A DNA stretch of 64,000 nt, taken from assembly GCA_028283145.1 (NCBI GenBank), contig JAPYNY010000021.1, positions 28,340-92,339 on the forward strand. The letters run 5' to 3'. The position numbers were made by a program, and so were the translations under genes. How positions within the stretch are numbered: the stretch's first letter is position 1; each line of letters opens with the position of its first letter. A model generated the notes under the pieces. That model worked only from the letters and a program-made list of their open reading frames with translations. It made no database searches and was not told the DNA's origin. Of the stretch, positions 1 through 10,309 are shown one piece after another. The DNA comes from Candidatus Hopanoidivorans cymbastelae. GTDB lineage: Bacteria; Actinomycetota; Acidimicrobiia; Acidimicrobiales; Hopanoidiivorantaceae.

Positions 1-1281
1 AACCATGTCCAAAACTCCGTGGTGTGACGGGCCGTCATCGCCGGTTATGCCCGCACGGTCCAAAGCAAAGATAACTGGCTGGCGTAGCAGACCCACATCT
101 AAATTGACCTGGTCAATAGCCCTGGTCAAAAACGTGGAATAAACCGCCACCACTGGGCGCAAGCCACCCATTGCCATGCCCGCTGCGGCCGCCACCGCGT
201 GCTGTTCGGCTATGCCCACGTCAAAACACCTGTCGGGAAACCGCTCAGCGAACTGCAACAAGCCAGTGGAATCGGGCATAGCCGCGGTTATAGCCACCAC
301 ATCCGGGCGCCGCTCACCCACCTTGATCAAAGTTTCGGCAAAGGCTTGGGTGTAGCTGCCTGGCTTGAGTTCGGAAGTATCGTGCATCCGCTTGATGGAG
401 TCGTTCTCGGCAGGCGCATAGCCACGCCCCTTTTCCGTCAGAGCGTGCACCACCACGGGCTGATTCAACTTGGCCGCATTCTCCAAAGCTCGGATCAGAC
501 CCTCTAGGTCATGGCCATCATACGGGCCTGTGTAGTGCACTCCCAAATGCTCAAAGAATGTCATAGGCTCCCACATCTCCCGCACCCCAGCCTTGACAGC
601 ATCCAAGGTTCGCTCCAACTGGTTGCCCACCAAAGGGAGATTCTTGATGAACCGCTCGGCCCGCTCTTGTTGGCGCAGATAATGCGGGTTGATGCGCAGA
701 CGGGCCAAGCTCTCACCCAGCTTGGAGACCGTAGGGGCATAGGAGCGCCCGTTGTCGTTTAGCACGATCACCACAGGACAATCTGAGTGCCCCAAGTTGT
801 TCAGCCCTTCAAAAGCCAACCCGCCGGTCATGGCTCCATCCCCGATGACAGCCACCACCCGCCGCCGCCGGGCACCTCGGGCTGCAGCTGCCTCAAAAGC
901 CGTAGCCAAGCCATGGGCATAACTGAGGCTGGTTGAAGCGTGGCTGTTCTCAATCCAATCATGCGCCGACTCTTCACGGGAGGGATAGCCAGACAAACCC
1001 CCACCTTGGCGTAACTCGTCAAACAGGTGGGCGCGGCCGGTTAGGATTTTATGAATATAAGCCTGATGCCCCGTATCCCACAAAATCGCATCATGGGGCG
1101 AGTTGAAAACCTTGTGAATAGCTAGGGTCAACTCCACAACCCCCAAATTGGGGCCTAAATGCCCGCCAGAAGCAGACACCTTCTCCACGATAAACTCGCG
1201 AATTTCCTCAGCTAAAGCCTCCAGTTCCGCAGAACTCAAACCGCTCAGGTCGCTAGGATGTCTTATGTCTTCAAGTAGCAC
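1..1281 (-). CDS. dxs: 1-deoxy-D-xylulose-5-phosphate synthase, N-terminal ~427 aa; the 3' end runs off the window start
   Basis: Absent from the ORF track because there is no stop in the window. My minus-strand translation reads VLLEDIRHPSDLSGLSSAELEALAEEIREF...GGHLGPNLGVVELT...VVAVIGDGAMTGGLAFEGLNNLGHSDCPVVIVLNDNGRSYAPTV...FDVGIAEQHAVAAAAGMA...DRAGITGDDGPSHHG. This is the TPP-binding GDG...NDN signature of Dxs. GTG start at 1281. Confidence 0.85.
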   Translation of the reverse strand, partial: MLLEDIRHPSDLSGLSSAELEALAEEIREFIVEKVSASGGHLGPNLGVVELTLAIHKVFNSPHDAILWDTGHQAYIHKILTGRAHLFDELRQGGGLSGYPSREESAHDWIENSHASTSLSYAHGLATAFEAAAARGARRRRVVAVIGDGAMTGGLAFEGLNNLGHSDCPVVIVLNDNGRSYAPTVSKLGESLARLRINPHYLRQQERAERFIKNLPLVGNQLERTLDAVKAGVREMWEPMTFFEHLGVHYTGPYDGHDLEGLIRALENAAKLNQPVVVHALTEKGRGYAPAENDSIKRMHDTSELKPGSYTQAFAETLIKVGERRPDVVAITAAMPDSTGLLQFAERFPDRCFDVGIAEQHAVAAAAGMAMGGLRPVVAVYSTFLTRAIDQVNLDVGLLRQPVIFALDRAGITGDDGPSHHGVLDMV

Positions 1282-1327
1282 TGCTTCAATCTTCCAGCTA
1301 TTTCTGTAGTTTAACTCAGCCTGTCGC

Positions 1328-2386
1328 CTAACCTGTGTCCAACAGATAGCCAGAGCTACCCGAGGCCAGGCATAATCGCTTGCCAGATATGGAATTGGCT
1401 TGGCTAGACAAGGTGGATACGGCTCTGGCTCGGCCTGGCTCAGCAATGGCTTGGCTCATCCCTGAACTGATTTTTTCGCCCACCGAAGAGTTAGCAGTTA
1501 CGGCAGGCTGGTTGCGGGTCAGATTAGTCAATGGCGGCTTTTCCCTAAGCTTGGCCCATCGTCTGTGCAAGTAAGTGCCCAAGAAATAGCCAATGAGCAG
1601 AGCCCCAACCCCGCCTGCGGCATCAAGCCAGAAGTGGTTGGCGGTGACCACAATGGAAAACAGCGTTGCGAAGGGATACAACACCACCAAAGTCTTCGTC
1701 AGACCATAACGCATCCTGGGATAAAGCACCGCAGTGCACCAACTGGCCCAGGCAAAATGCAGACTAGGCATGGCGGCATACTGGTTTGAAACGTTTTGAA
1801 AAGCCCCAGAGTCATAGCGCCAAAGCCCGCCGAATTCCTTGACCGTGTCCACATAGGTGTAGATGTCGGGCATCCCGGCGCCGTATTCTGCAATACTGGC
1901 CCCCAGCAGGCGAGGCGGCATCAAGGGAAACAGCGCATAGCCGACCAACCCCAAACCAGTCGTGATCAGTCCAATCGTGCGCCAGCGAGCAAAATCGGCT
2001 GGATAACGAACATAGAGCCAAATCAACACAATCCCAGTTACCGCAAAGTGAAACAGGCCGTAGAACATATTCCAAAAACGGATGAAGATTTCCCAGTCAA
2101 TGAACCATTCTTGAATACGCAACTCCTGGTATAGACCAAAAAATCGCTCAATTTCAATCACCGCCTCCGCGTTTTCAAAAGCCACTTCCCAACCGACCCT
2201 GCCAGAGCCAAAATAGTTGCGAATCAAGGCATAGAAAGAATAGAAGACGGCTATCACCAGAATTTCTAGCCACCAGCGCAAACCGACCCTGCGCCTGATG
2301 GACTGGTAGTCGGTCAGGTATCGGCTGACTGCCCCTGAGGCCCTGGAAAAAAGGGGGGCCATCGCTATCTGACCCCAAGCAGCCAT
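1328..2386 (-). CDS. PAP2-superfamily integral membrane protein (Aur1/Ipt1-like inositolphosphotransferase-type PAP2_3)
   Basis: 352-aa ORF with multiple hydrophobic helices and motifs AAMPSLHFAWASW and TANHFWLDAAGG, typical of PAP2_3-type lipid phosphotransferases. The exact start is uncertain. Confidence 0.55.
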   Translation of the reverse strand: MAAWGQIAMAPLFSRASGAVSRYLTDYQSIRRRVGLRWWLEILVIAVFYSFYALIRNYFGSGRVGWEVAFENAEAVIEIERFFGLYQELRIQEWFIDWEIFIRFWNMFYGLFHFAVTGIVLIWLYVRYPADFARWRTIGLITTGLGLVGYALFPLMPPRLLGASIAEYGAGMPDIYTYVDTVKEFGGLWRYDSGAFQNVSNQYAAMPSLHFAWASWCTAVLYPRMRYGLTKTLVVLYPFATLFSIVVTANHFWLDAAGGVGALLIGYFLGTYLHRRWAKLREKPPLTNLTRNQPAVTANSSVGEKISSGMSQAIAEPGRARAVSTLSSQANSISGKRLCLASGSSGYLLDTG

Positions 2387-2464
2387 TTGGCCCTAGGCAC
2401 TTGAGCTGACTTCAAGCGGCTATCTGGCCCTAAACGGCCTGGCGCAATCCCAAACAGCACGACT

Positions 2465-3511
2465 TCAAACAGGAGTTGCCGCTTCTGCATCCAGGGCCTC
2501 CAAAGTGGTATTCACTTCCTCTGACAGATCTGCTGGCCGGGATTTTGGCTTGCCTCCGCCAAAAACCAAAGGAATCACCCCTGGCAAGCTGCAAGTCAGC
2601 ACCAAGGCTCCGACAAACAAACCCAGCAGGGTAGCTTCTGAATCTGTCACCCCCAGTTGAGTCAGAAAGAAGACGAACAAACTCTCCCTCACCCCCAGCC
2701 CGCCGATGGAAATAGGCAGTGCCTGGACAATCAGGACAACAGGCAAAAAAGCCATTACCGCAGTCAATCCAATTTCGTCTATGCCCAAGGCCTCAGCCGC
2801 ACAAGCCACCGCCAAGACCAGAACAAACTGATACAGCAAGGCTGAGAACACTAGGTAAATAGTATCCTTGGGTTTGCCCCTCAAGCTGTCAAAACCGAGA
2901 TGGAGGGCGTGCATATACCGAAGGGCGCCCTTGCGCCGACCAAGCCAACGCCCGGTGGCACCGTGCCCGACTGAGTAGATGATCAGAGCCAGCACCCCAA
3001 GCGTGGCTAGAGACACCAAAAGGGCCGTGCTGGAAGGGGCACCCAGTTGACGCAGCCCGCCATTCCAAGCCAGTCCCACCAGACAGATTACAGGCAAGGC
3101 AATCCAGCCCCCCATTCGGTCGATTACAACCGAAGCAAAGCTATTGGGAGTGTCTTTGACCGTTTTGTTCAGCCGCGCCACCCGCAGGATGTCGCCGCCG
3201 ATGGTCGTCGGCAAAAAATTGGACGTAAATTGGCCTGCCATGAAATAGGCGAACAAATTGGAGAAGGATTCTTTCATGCCCAAGGCCTCCACCGCGCTCT
3301 CCCAGCGCAAAGCTCCAGCCACGAAAGACATGAACGTCAAAAAAAGTGCCGCCGCCAGCCAAACACCCGTTACCAGACTCCACTCCGGGATGTCTGAAAG
3401 CAGCGAAGCAGGCCCGTCCCCGTCGTCAATGCGCCAGAACAAATAGGCAAGCAAACCTAAACTGACAGCGATTTGCAGCAAAAGGATACCTGCGCGACGT
3501 TTTTTGTCCAT
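2465..3511 (-). CDS. UPF0104 / lysylphosphatidylglycerol-synthase-TM-like (flippase-like) membrane protein
   Basis: 348-aa polytopic ORF with the family-typical motif NFLPTTIGGDILRV after the first helices. Confidence 0.6.
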   Translation of the reverse strand: MDKKRRAGILLLQIAVSLGLLAYLFWRIDDGDGPASLLSDIPEWSLVTGVWLAAALFLTFMSFVAGALRWESAVEALGMKESFSNLFAYFMAGQFTSNFLPTTIGGDILRVARLNKTVKDTPNSFASVVIDRMGGWIALPVICLVGLAWNGGLRQLGAPSSTALLVSLATLGVLALIIYSVGHGATGRWLGRRKGALRYMHALHLGFDSLRGKPKDTIYLVFSALLYQFVLVLAVACAAEALGIDEIGLTAVMAFLPVVLIVQALPISIGGLGVRESLFVFFLTQLGVTDSEATLLGLFVGALVLTCSLPGVIPLVFGGGKPKSRPADLSEEVNTTLEALDAEAATPV

Positions 3512-3752
3512 AGCAGGAATTTAAGTTTAGTGCTGATGTGGGCAGGCTTTGACATCGGGGCTGAGAACTTGGGCCGAAGCCGACGGGCAACCAGCGACGC
3601 GGGAGAGCGCAGATAAGGGCAGTTCGGCAGGCAGCGGGCGGATATGAGGCACGGGAGGACAGGGACGACAACTAGCGCAGAATGGGGCGTGGAGTGGTGT
3701 AAGGTGGCGCGCAAGCGGCGGCGACAACTCACTTGCCACTAGTGGCTGTAAT

Positions 3753-5180
3753 ATGTTGGAAGTGGCTACTACAGATTTTTCCCATACTCTGCTCTCCGAA
3801 ACTGCAGCTGAAGAGGTGCTTCAGGTGGCTCTGAGCCGTGGTGCCGATTTTGCTGAAATTTTTGCCGAAGACAGGCGCTCTTGCGCGGCTGGCTTTGATG
3901 ACCAAAAAATAGAAGAACTGGCTTCAGGGCGCAGCCGCGGGGCAGGCATCCGGGTGCTAGTGGGGGACTCCACCGGATTTGCGCACACAGCCGACCTGAG
4001 CCCACAAGGTTTGAAAGAAGCCGCTGAAGTGGCCTCCGCTGCCGCCAGAGACGGCCAAGGCCAAGTGAAGCAGATAGCTCTGACCCAGGCTTTCCACCCC
4101 AACCCCTCTGACCCTGAGATACTACCCGAAACTGTACCCAAGGCTCACAAAGTGGAAATGCTGGCACGGGTAGACCAAATTGCCCGCTCCGCCGGCTCTG
4201 AAATCTCCCAGGTGTCGTGTCGCTACGGCGATAGCCGCCGACAGTTCGTAGTGGCCAACAGCGACGGGGTTTACAGCGGAGACGATCAAGTGAAATCGTC
4301 TTTTTCAGTGTCTTGCGTGGCGGTTGGAGACGGCGGTATGCAGACCGGTCGGGAATCTATCGGACACACAGTGGGGTTTGAGTTGTTTGAGCGTTATGAC
4401 GTGGAAGACCTAGCCGAAAAAGCAGCCACCCGCGCCCTAACCAAGCTCAAAGCGCAGCCGGCGCCTTCGGGCACCATGCCGGTAGTGATTGGCCAGGGTG
4501 GTGGCGGCGTGCTCTTCCACGAAGCTTGCGGACACGGTCTGGAAGCCGACCACATTGCCAAAAATGCTTCCGTCTTCGTTGACCGCATCGGGGAGCAAGT
4601 GGCTTCTCCGCTGGTAACCCTGATAGACGACGGCACCATGACAGATGAATGGGGGTGCTATGCCATCGACGACGAAGGACGACCAGCGCAGCACACAGTG
4701 TTGATCAAGGACGGAATTTTGGTGGACTACATGTGGGACTTGATCCGGGCCCGCCAAAAGAGCCGACCTAGCTCAGGCAACGGCCGCCGTCAAAGCTACC
4801 AGCACCTGCCGATGGTGCGAATGACCAACACCTACATTTCCAACGGCTCCACCGACCCTGAAAAAATCATCGCAGACACCCCCGAAGGCGTCTATGTGGC
4901 TCAGCTTGGAGGCGGGCAGGTCAACCCTGCTACAGGCGACTTCGTCTTTGGCATGACCGAAGCGTATCTAATCCGAAATGGCGAGATTGCCGAGCCCCTG
5001 CGGGAGGGAAATCTGATTGGCAACGGCCCTGAAGTCCTGCAAAATATTGACTTGCTGGGCAGCGATTTTGCCATGGGGTCGCCCGGCGCCTGCGGCAAAG
5101 ACGGGCAAGGAGTGCCAGTAGGAGACGGCACGCCCACACTGCGGGTCACGGCCCTCACTGTCGGGGGCACCGCCGCCTAG
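3753..5180 (+). CDS. tldD: metalloprotease TldD
   Basis: 475 aa with the HEACGHGLEAD zinc motif and TldD-like termini. A pmbA paralogue follows immediately. Confidence 0.85.
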   Translation: MLEVATTDFSHTLLSETAAEEVLQVALSRGADFAEIFAEDRRSCAAGFDDQKIEELASGRSRGAGIRVLVGDSTGFAHTADLSPQGLKEAAEVASAAARDGQGQVKQIALTQAFHPNPSDPEILPETVPKAHKVEMLARVDQIARSAGSEISQVSCRYGDSRRQFVVANSDGVYSGDDQVKSSFSVSCVAVGDGGMQTGRESIGHTVGFELFERYDVEDLAEKAATRALTKLKAQPAPSGTMPVVIGQGGGGVLFHEACGHGLEADHIAKNASVFVDRIGEQVASPLVTLIDDGTMTDEWGCYAIDDEGRPAQHTVLIKDGILVDYMWDLIRARQKSRPSSGNGRRQSYQHLPMVRMTNTYISNGSTDPEKIIADTPEGVYVAQLGGGQVNPATGDFVFGMTEAYLIRNGEIAEPLREGNLIGNGPEVLQNIDLLGSDFAMGSPGACGKDGQGVPVGDGTPTLRVTALTVGGTAA

Positions 5181-5234
5181 GTGCAGGCCCTAGCCCACAC
5201 AACTGCTTGTCAATAACTTGCCAGCGACCTGCCG

Positions 5235-6593
5235 ATGACCACTGTTGCCTCAACTGAAGAGCTGCTTGAGATAGGCGACCGCATCGCCGGCTGGGCCCAA
5301 GACGGCGAAGAGGTGGAGGTGGTTGTGTCGGTTGAAGGCGAAACAGACGTCAGAGCCTATGGCGGTGAAATTGAAGCCTTCAGTTCTGCCAAGTCTATGG
5401 GGGCTGGCATCAGAGTCATCGCCAACCAACGGCAAGGCTTTGCCTATGCAGGCACCCTGGATGAAGCCGTGCTGGCTGAAACCCTGGAAGAGGCCCGCGA
5501 CAACGTCAAGTTTGCCACGCCCGATGAGTACCTGGGCTTAGCCGAGCCGGACGGCGCAGAATATGTCTCGCTAGATCTATACAACAGTTCCGTCCTGGAC
5601 TGCGCTCCCGAACAAAAAATCCAGCTTGCCTTGGATTTGGAACAGGCCGTGCTGAAAGGCGATTCCCGTATTATCGGAGTGGAGTCGGCCGACTATTCAG
5701 ATTCGGTCAGTTCCGCTGCCATAGTCACGACTTCAGGCATCCGCTACGGGGAAACAGATACTGCCTGCTATATCTCGGCTTATTCACTGGCTCACGAAGA
5801 TGACGATACCCAAACCGGTTTTGGCTACTCTATCGGCCGAGACCCACAAGAGCTAGACGTGGAAGCAGCCGCCCAAGATGCGGTGCACCGGGCAACTCGT
5901 CTTTTGGGAGCCAAAAAACCAGCCAGCCAACGCACCCAAGTTCTGCTAGACCCTTGGGTGACGGCACAACTGCTAGGCATCATAGGGGCAACCTTGTCGG
6001 GTGAAGCTGTCATCAAGGGGCGGTCGCTTTTTGCCGGCCGTCTGAAACAACAAATTGCCACCAGTTCCATAACGCTGGTGGACGACCCCACCAACCCAGA
6101 TGCCTTCACCGCCGGAGAAGCCGATGGGGAAGGCTTGGCTACCAGGCGCAACGTGCTGATTGAATCCGGCCAGCTCCAAAAATTCGTGCACAACAGCTAC
6201 ACCGCCAGACGGCTCAACACCACTTCGACTGGCTCAGCTGTAAGAGGTGTGGCCAGCACACCCACGGCCGGGTGCCAAGCCTTGTCGTTGCTGCCAGGCA
6301 CAAAATCACAGGCAGAACTCTGCGCTATGGCGGGTGATGGGGTGCTCATCCAGTCGGTCTCAGGCTTGCATTCTGGGGTCAACCCAGTGAGCGGAGATTT
6401 CTCCACCGGGGCTGAAGGGCTGCGCATCAAGGACGGCTCCCCTGCCGAACCTCTGAAGGAGTTCACCATTGCCTCCACGATCCAAAAACTGCTTTTAAAT
6501 ATCTCTCAGGTGGGCAATGATTTGCAGTGGCTGCCTATGCGCTCAGCCGGGGTTTCGCTTTTGATTGACGATGTTACAGTGTCGGGTGACTAG
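5235..6593 (+). CDS. pmbA: metalloprotease PmbA/TldE
   Basis: 452-aa TldD/PmbA-fold sequence lacking the HExxxH motif, sitting directly downstream of tldD as in the canonical pair. Confidence 0.8.
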   Translation: MTTVASTEELLEIGDRIAGWAQDGEEVEVVVSVEGETDVRAYGGEIEAFSSAKSMGAGIRVIANQRQGFAYAGTLDEAVLAETLEEARDNVKFATPDEYLGLAEPDGAEYVSLDLYNSSVLDCAPEQKIQLALDLEQAVLKGDSRIIGVESADYSDSVSSAAIVTTSGIRYGETDTACYISAYSLAHEDDDTQTGFGYSIGRDPQELDVEAAAQDAVHRATRLLGAKKPASQRTQVLLDPWVTAQLLGIIGATLSGEAVIKGRSLFAGRLKQQIATSSITLVDDPTNPDAFTAGEADGEGLATRRNVLIESGQLQKFVHNSYTARRLNTTSTGSAVRGVASTPTAGCQALSLLPGTKSQAELCAMAGDGVLIQSVSGLHSGVNPVSGDFSTGAEGLRIKDGSPAEPLKEFTIASTIQKLLLNISQVGNDLQWLPMRSAGVSLLIDDVTVSGD

Positions 6594-6615
6594 CTGAAGC
6601 TCGCACTCAAATCGC

Positions 6616-7539
6616 ATGGTAATCTGGCATGCCGTCGCACTTGGCATTCTGCAGGGATTGACTGAGTTTTTTCCAATTTCATCCAGTGCCCACCTAGAGC
6701 TCATCCCCTGGATGGCTGGCTGGGACGATTTCGGCGATGACGCCAGTTTGAAGAATGGTTTTGACGTAGCCTTGCACTTGGGCACGCTAGTGGGAGCGCT
6801 GTGCTACTTCCGCCAAGACATTGTGCGCTATGTCAGTGCAGGTGCCATTGTCGGCTACCGCCATCTAGCCAGCTATCGGGCCAGCCGCCAACCTCAACTT
6901 GGCGAGAACCGCCTGCAAGAAGCGCGCCTAGAGGACGGCCGAACAGCCTGGCTGCTGGCGGCCAGCGCCATCCCCACCGCTCTGGTGGGGGGAATTTGGG
7001 CTTCGTCTTGGGAATCTGTGGGGGACACCATCGGGCTGGTCGTGGCCATGCTGGCGTTGTTCGCCGGGCTGCTGTGGCTGGCTGACCGCCAAGCCAGCGC
7101 AAGGGTGGCATCGCTTGAGGCAACCACGTCTAAAACTGTGCCAGAGTCAGCCCTGCCTTTCAAGACCGCCGCAGCTATGGGCTTGGCGCAGGTATGTGCG
7201 CTGGTGCCAGGCGTGTCTCGCTCGGGAGTTACCATCACCGCCGGCCTGTTTGCGCAGCTGCCCCGCCAGGCTGCTACCAGGTTTTCGTTTTTGATGGGCT
7301 TGCCCGTCATCGCCGGAGCTGGGCTTTACAAATTCATCGACATTGGCGGCTGGGACGGCATCCCAGTTGACTATCAGGCTGGTTTTGCCTGGGGAGTGCT
7401 GACGTCAGCCGTGAGCGCCTGGATCGCGATTTGGGGACTTATGCGCCTCTTGCAACGCTGGAGTTTCACCCCGTTTGTGATGGAGCGAATGCTGCTGGCA
7501 GCTCTGGCGCTTGGGCTGTTGGCTGCCGGAGTCAGGTAG
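6616..7539 (+). CDS. uppP: undecaprenyl-diphosphate phosphatase
   Basis: N-terminal ILQGLTEFFPISSSAHL and central PGVSRSG motifs of the BacA/UppP family. The ORF is polytopic and has an internal insertion relative to the usual ~275-aa length. Confidence 0.85.
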   Translation: MVIWHAVALGILQGLTEFFPISSSAHLELIPWMAGWDDFGDDASLKNGFDVALHLGTLVGALCYFRQDIVRYVSAGAIVGYRHLASYRASRQPQLGENRLQEARLEDGRTAWLLAASAIPTALVGGIWASSWESVGDTIGLVVAMLALFAGLLWLADRQASARVASLEATTSKTVPESALPFKTAAAMGLAQVCALVPGVSRSGVTITAGLFAQLPRQAATRFSFLMGLPVIAGAGLYKFIDIGGWDGIPVDYQAGFAWGVLTSAVSAWIAIWGLMRLLQRWSFTPFVMERMLLAALALGLLAAGVR

Positions 7540-8322
7540 CTAGCTCAAAGACGCCACTCCGAAAACCACACTAAACCTGACGCACCATATAACCACCGTT
7601 GAATAGACATCCAAATCCACATCGGCAGGCACTTCATAATTCTGTGAGCCGATATTGCCCTTCAAATCGCCTAAATTAACGAAGTCGTCGTCAAACTGAG
7701 AAGCCGGAGCATCCGTGGCGGCGGTTGAAAGATAGACATCCAGATCAGGCCCGTTGTCGGTGGCAAAATCCTCAAACCTCAAAAATCGCTGAATCCCGTC
7801 AGTCAGCACGATGGCCTGGCCCCGCGTGGGGTGACTGCGATTTATAAAGTCCCCAGAAGCAGCAATGCGAATTTCTGGAACAGTGGTGGTGGGCGGCGCA
7901 GTAGTAGGTGGCACAGTGGTGGATGTAGTAGGTGTGTCAGGCGACTCTGGATCTGGTGCCTCAGTTGCAGACGGCGTTTCGCTAGTGTCTGGCGGGGTCT
8001 GGCCATCTGTGCCAGTCAGGCCATCCATTTCGGCTTCCGTCATTTCCATTGGCAACTCTTCATCGACTTCCACGACTGCTGGAATGTTGTCTTCTTGCAT
8101 GGCTTCATTCATGTTTTCGGCCAGCTCTTCGCTTATAAAATCGCTCTCCAATCCGGATGCTCCCGCCCCTGAAGCGAATACAGGTATGTCTTCATCTACT
8201 TTGTCATCTATGAAAATCAAATGAAATCCAAAATAACCAAAAACCAGCCAAGCACCCACGCCGATAACTGCCGCGGTCAGCGGGGTGAGCCACTTCCAAT
8301 GTCGTTTGAGCCAATTTTTCAT
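7540..8322 (-). CDS. membrane-anchored DM13 domain protein
   Basis: N-terminal TM helix, an acidic segment, then a Thr/Pro-rich linker. The C-terminal sequence GDFINRSHPTRGQAIVL...LRFEDFATDNGPDLDVYLS...LGDLKGNIGSQNYEVP...VVIWCVRFSVVFGVASL matches the DM13 pattern. Confidence 0.65.
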   Translation of the reverse strand: MKNWLKRHWKWLTPLTAAVIGVGAWLVFGYFGFHLIFIDDKVDEDIPVFASGAGASGLESDFISEELAENMNEAMQEDNIPAVVEVDEELPMEMTEAEMDGLTGTDGQTPPDTSETPSATEAPDPESPDTPTTSTTVPPTTAPPTTTVPEIRIAASGDFINRSHPTRGQAIVLTDGIQRFLRFEDFATDNGPDLDVYLSTAATDAPASQFDDDFVNLGDLKGNIGSQNYEVPADVDLDVYSTVVIWCVRFSVVFGVASLS

Positions 8323-8397
8323 TTCAAAATAGTTTAGAGCCTGGCTTTGGGCTGCGCAAGTCAGCCAGCCGAATGGCTGTCTTGGGTGATCAAATGC

Positions 8398-9375
8398 CTA
8401 GCCAAACAAGAAAGGCATGATCACGGTGATGCTTTGAGAGGCGGGCAGGTTGAAAACGTCAGTTGCGCCTGTCAGAGTTGCAGTAGCTGGGTAGCCAATC
8501 AAGACAATAAAAGCAGCCAACGTCAACGCCAACGGAGCTCCCATTCGCTCACTGGCAAACTCAGCTCGCACCACAGATTCGCTGTGTGCCTTGGCCCTGT
8601 ATGAGTGAACCTGGGCAATGACGGTTTGGCGAATTTCAGCACCGCTTCGCTGCGACAACTCCAAGGCCGAAGACAACTGCTCCAAGCGCACCAAGCCCTT
8701 CTCGTCAATTAATTTTTTCAAGCCCGCCCAAATAGGCTTGCCTAAGTGCCTGGCTTCGTTCATGTAGCGGCCCAGCAGTTGAAACGGCCAGACTCGGCTC
8801 AAATACGTAGCCTCCAAAAATGCTGTGGAAACATCCCGCCCAGAAGCGATGAGCGGCATGACCAAATCCAGCCACAGCAGCGTCATCTCGTCAAATTCTA
8901 CTCTGGCTTTTTCGGCTTCCGACTTGACGAGGGAGTCAGGAATGACAAAACCGAACAGCGCCCCCGTGAGACACACTAAAACAACCAGAATGCCGGCAAA
9001 GGGCAACTCAAAGGGCAACTGAGTTAGACCCACTCCCACGATCAAGCCGAAGATGGCTCCGAGGATCCCAGTGGTCAGCTTGTATTCGGCGTGGCGACGC
9101 CTGGTGCGCCCAATCATGGAGAGATCCATGCGCAGTTGGCGAGCCGACCTGGAGGACAGATCCATCTTGCCCTCCAGCCGGGCCGATGTTGAAGCGTAGA
9201 GATCCTTGAGCCCACGAGCCGAAGCAGCATGCAGTTCCGTGCCCTTTTCAGCCACGACAAGGCGCTCGGAATTGAATCTTTCCATGCTTACCCTGCGGGG
9301 GAAGGCACCCAGCCTCAAGATGACAATTAAACCAACTGCCAAACTAAGCCCTATGAACAGCGCAACTAGGAACAT
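8398..9375 (-). CDS. tadC: Tad/type II secretion system F-family inner-membrane platform protein (TadC-like)
   Basis: 325-aa membrane protein with a T2SSF-like layout (N-terminal TM, cytoplasmic helical domain, C-terminal TMs). It is the last gene of the cpaF-tadB-tadC run. Confidence 0.55.
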   Translation of the reverse strand: MFLVALFIGLSLAVGLIVILRLGAFPRRVSMERFNSERLVVAEKGTELHAASARGLKDLYASTSARLEGKMDLSSRSARQLRMDLSMIGRTRRRHAEYKLTTGILGAIFGLIVGVGLTQLPFELPFAGILVVLVCLTGALFGFVIPDSLVKSEAEKARVEFDEMTLLWLDLVMPLIASGRDVSTAFLEATYLSRVWPFQLLGRYMNEARHLGKPIWAGLKKLIDEKGLVRLEQLSSALELSQRSGAEIRQTVIAQVHSYRAKAHSESVVRAEFASERMGAPLALTLAAFIVLIGYPATATLTGATDVFNLPASQSITVIMPFLFG

Positions 9376-9406
9376 GACTGGTTTTCCTCCTTAGGCTTTC
9401 TTTTGC

Positions 9407-10309
9407 TTAGGCTCGGGCCAACTCTTGTTCGTTTTGCTCGTCTAGTTGCAGATGTTCCAGTAGACGAACTCCTTCGGCGGCTTTGTCAATCTGCAAAATG
9501 GCAAAAATCGCCATGACATACAGAAATACCACACCGCACAGCACAATTTGCCCTACCACGCCAAAATATTCGTTGAAATAGTCGGGCGTGAGAAGGGCTA
9601 TGGAAATAGCGAGCACCAGCGTAATCCCCATGATGACGCCACCATTTATCAAAGTCCGCGTCTGGGTTGCTTCAGTGCGGAAACGGACTTCCACCGAGGC
9701 CCTCAGGGATTCAGCTAAATCATCAAGCAGGTCTCTCAGCCTGGCACCCGACTCATCAGCAATTTTGAGCCCAAGCGACAACCGATCAATGTAAGGCGAT
9801 TTAGCTCTCACGGCAAACCGTTTCAGGGCCTCAGGCAAACCGAAAGCCAAGGTTTCCTCCGACAATTTCTGGATCAGGGCTCTGATGGGCTCAGGCGAAT
9901 AAGGAGCCGACAGCAAAATAGACCCGCTGACTGAACCACCGGCTGTAACTAGGTCGCGCAACTGCTCAGCCCATAGTGCCACGCTTTCAATGCGGGCTAA
10001 ATTCCTGCGCCGCAACAACATGCCTGAAACAATCTGCGGGCCATACCAAGCCAACACACTAGCCAGCATGCCGGCACCCACCCATCCTGTAACATAACCA
10101 ATCAGCAAGCCCGCCAATATCGCCCCGGCTACCTTGCCGACGATAATCCAAACATATTGATTCTTGAGGGTGTTGAGCGGTGTAAGCGTGAAGGTAACCC
10201 GCTGCTTAATTTGCTCTCGGGAAATGAATTTCGGCGGGTCAACAATGCCTCTTACCAAAATCCAAAGACCCAGTCCCAGGAGGACACCCAGAATTATTAC
10301 TGCAATCAC
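9407..10309 (-). CDS. tadB: Tad/type II secretion system F-family platform protein (TadB-like)
   Basis: 300 aa with the same architecture as TadC. Its start overlaps the cpaF stop by 4 nt. Confidence 0.55.
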   Translation of the reverse strand: MIAVIILGVLLGLGLWILVRGIVDPPKFISREQIKQRVTFTLTPLNTLKNQYVWIIVGKVAGAILAGLLIGYVTGWVGAGMLASVLAWYGPQIVSGMLLRRRNLARIESVALWAEQLRDLVTAGGSVSGSILLSAPYSPEPIRALIQKLSEETLAFGLPEALKRFAVRAKSPYIDRLSLGLKIADESGARLRDLLDDLAESLRASVEVRFRTEATQTRTLINGGVIMGITLVLAISIALLTPDYFNEYFGVVGQIVLCGVVFLYVMAIFAILQIDKAAEGVRLLEHLQLDEQNEQELARA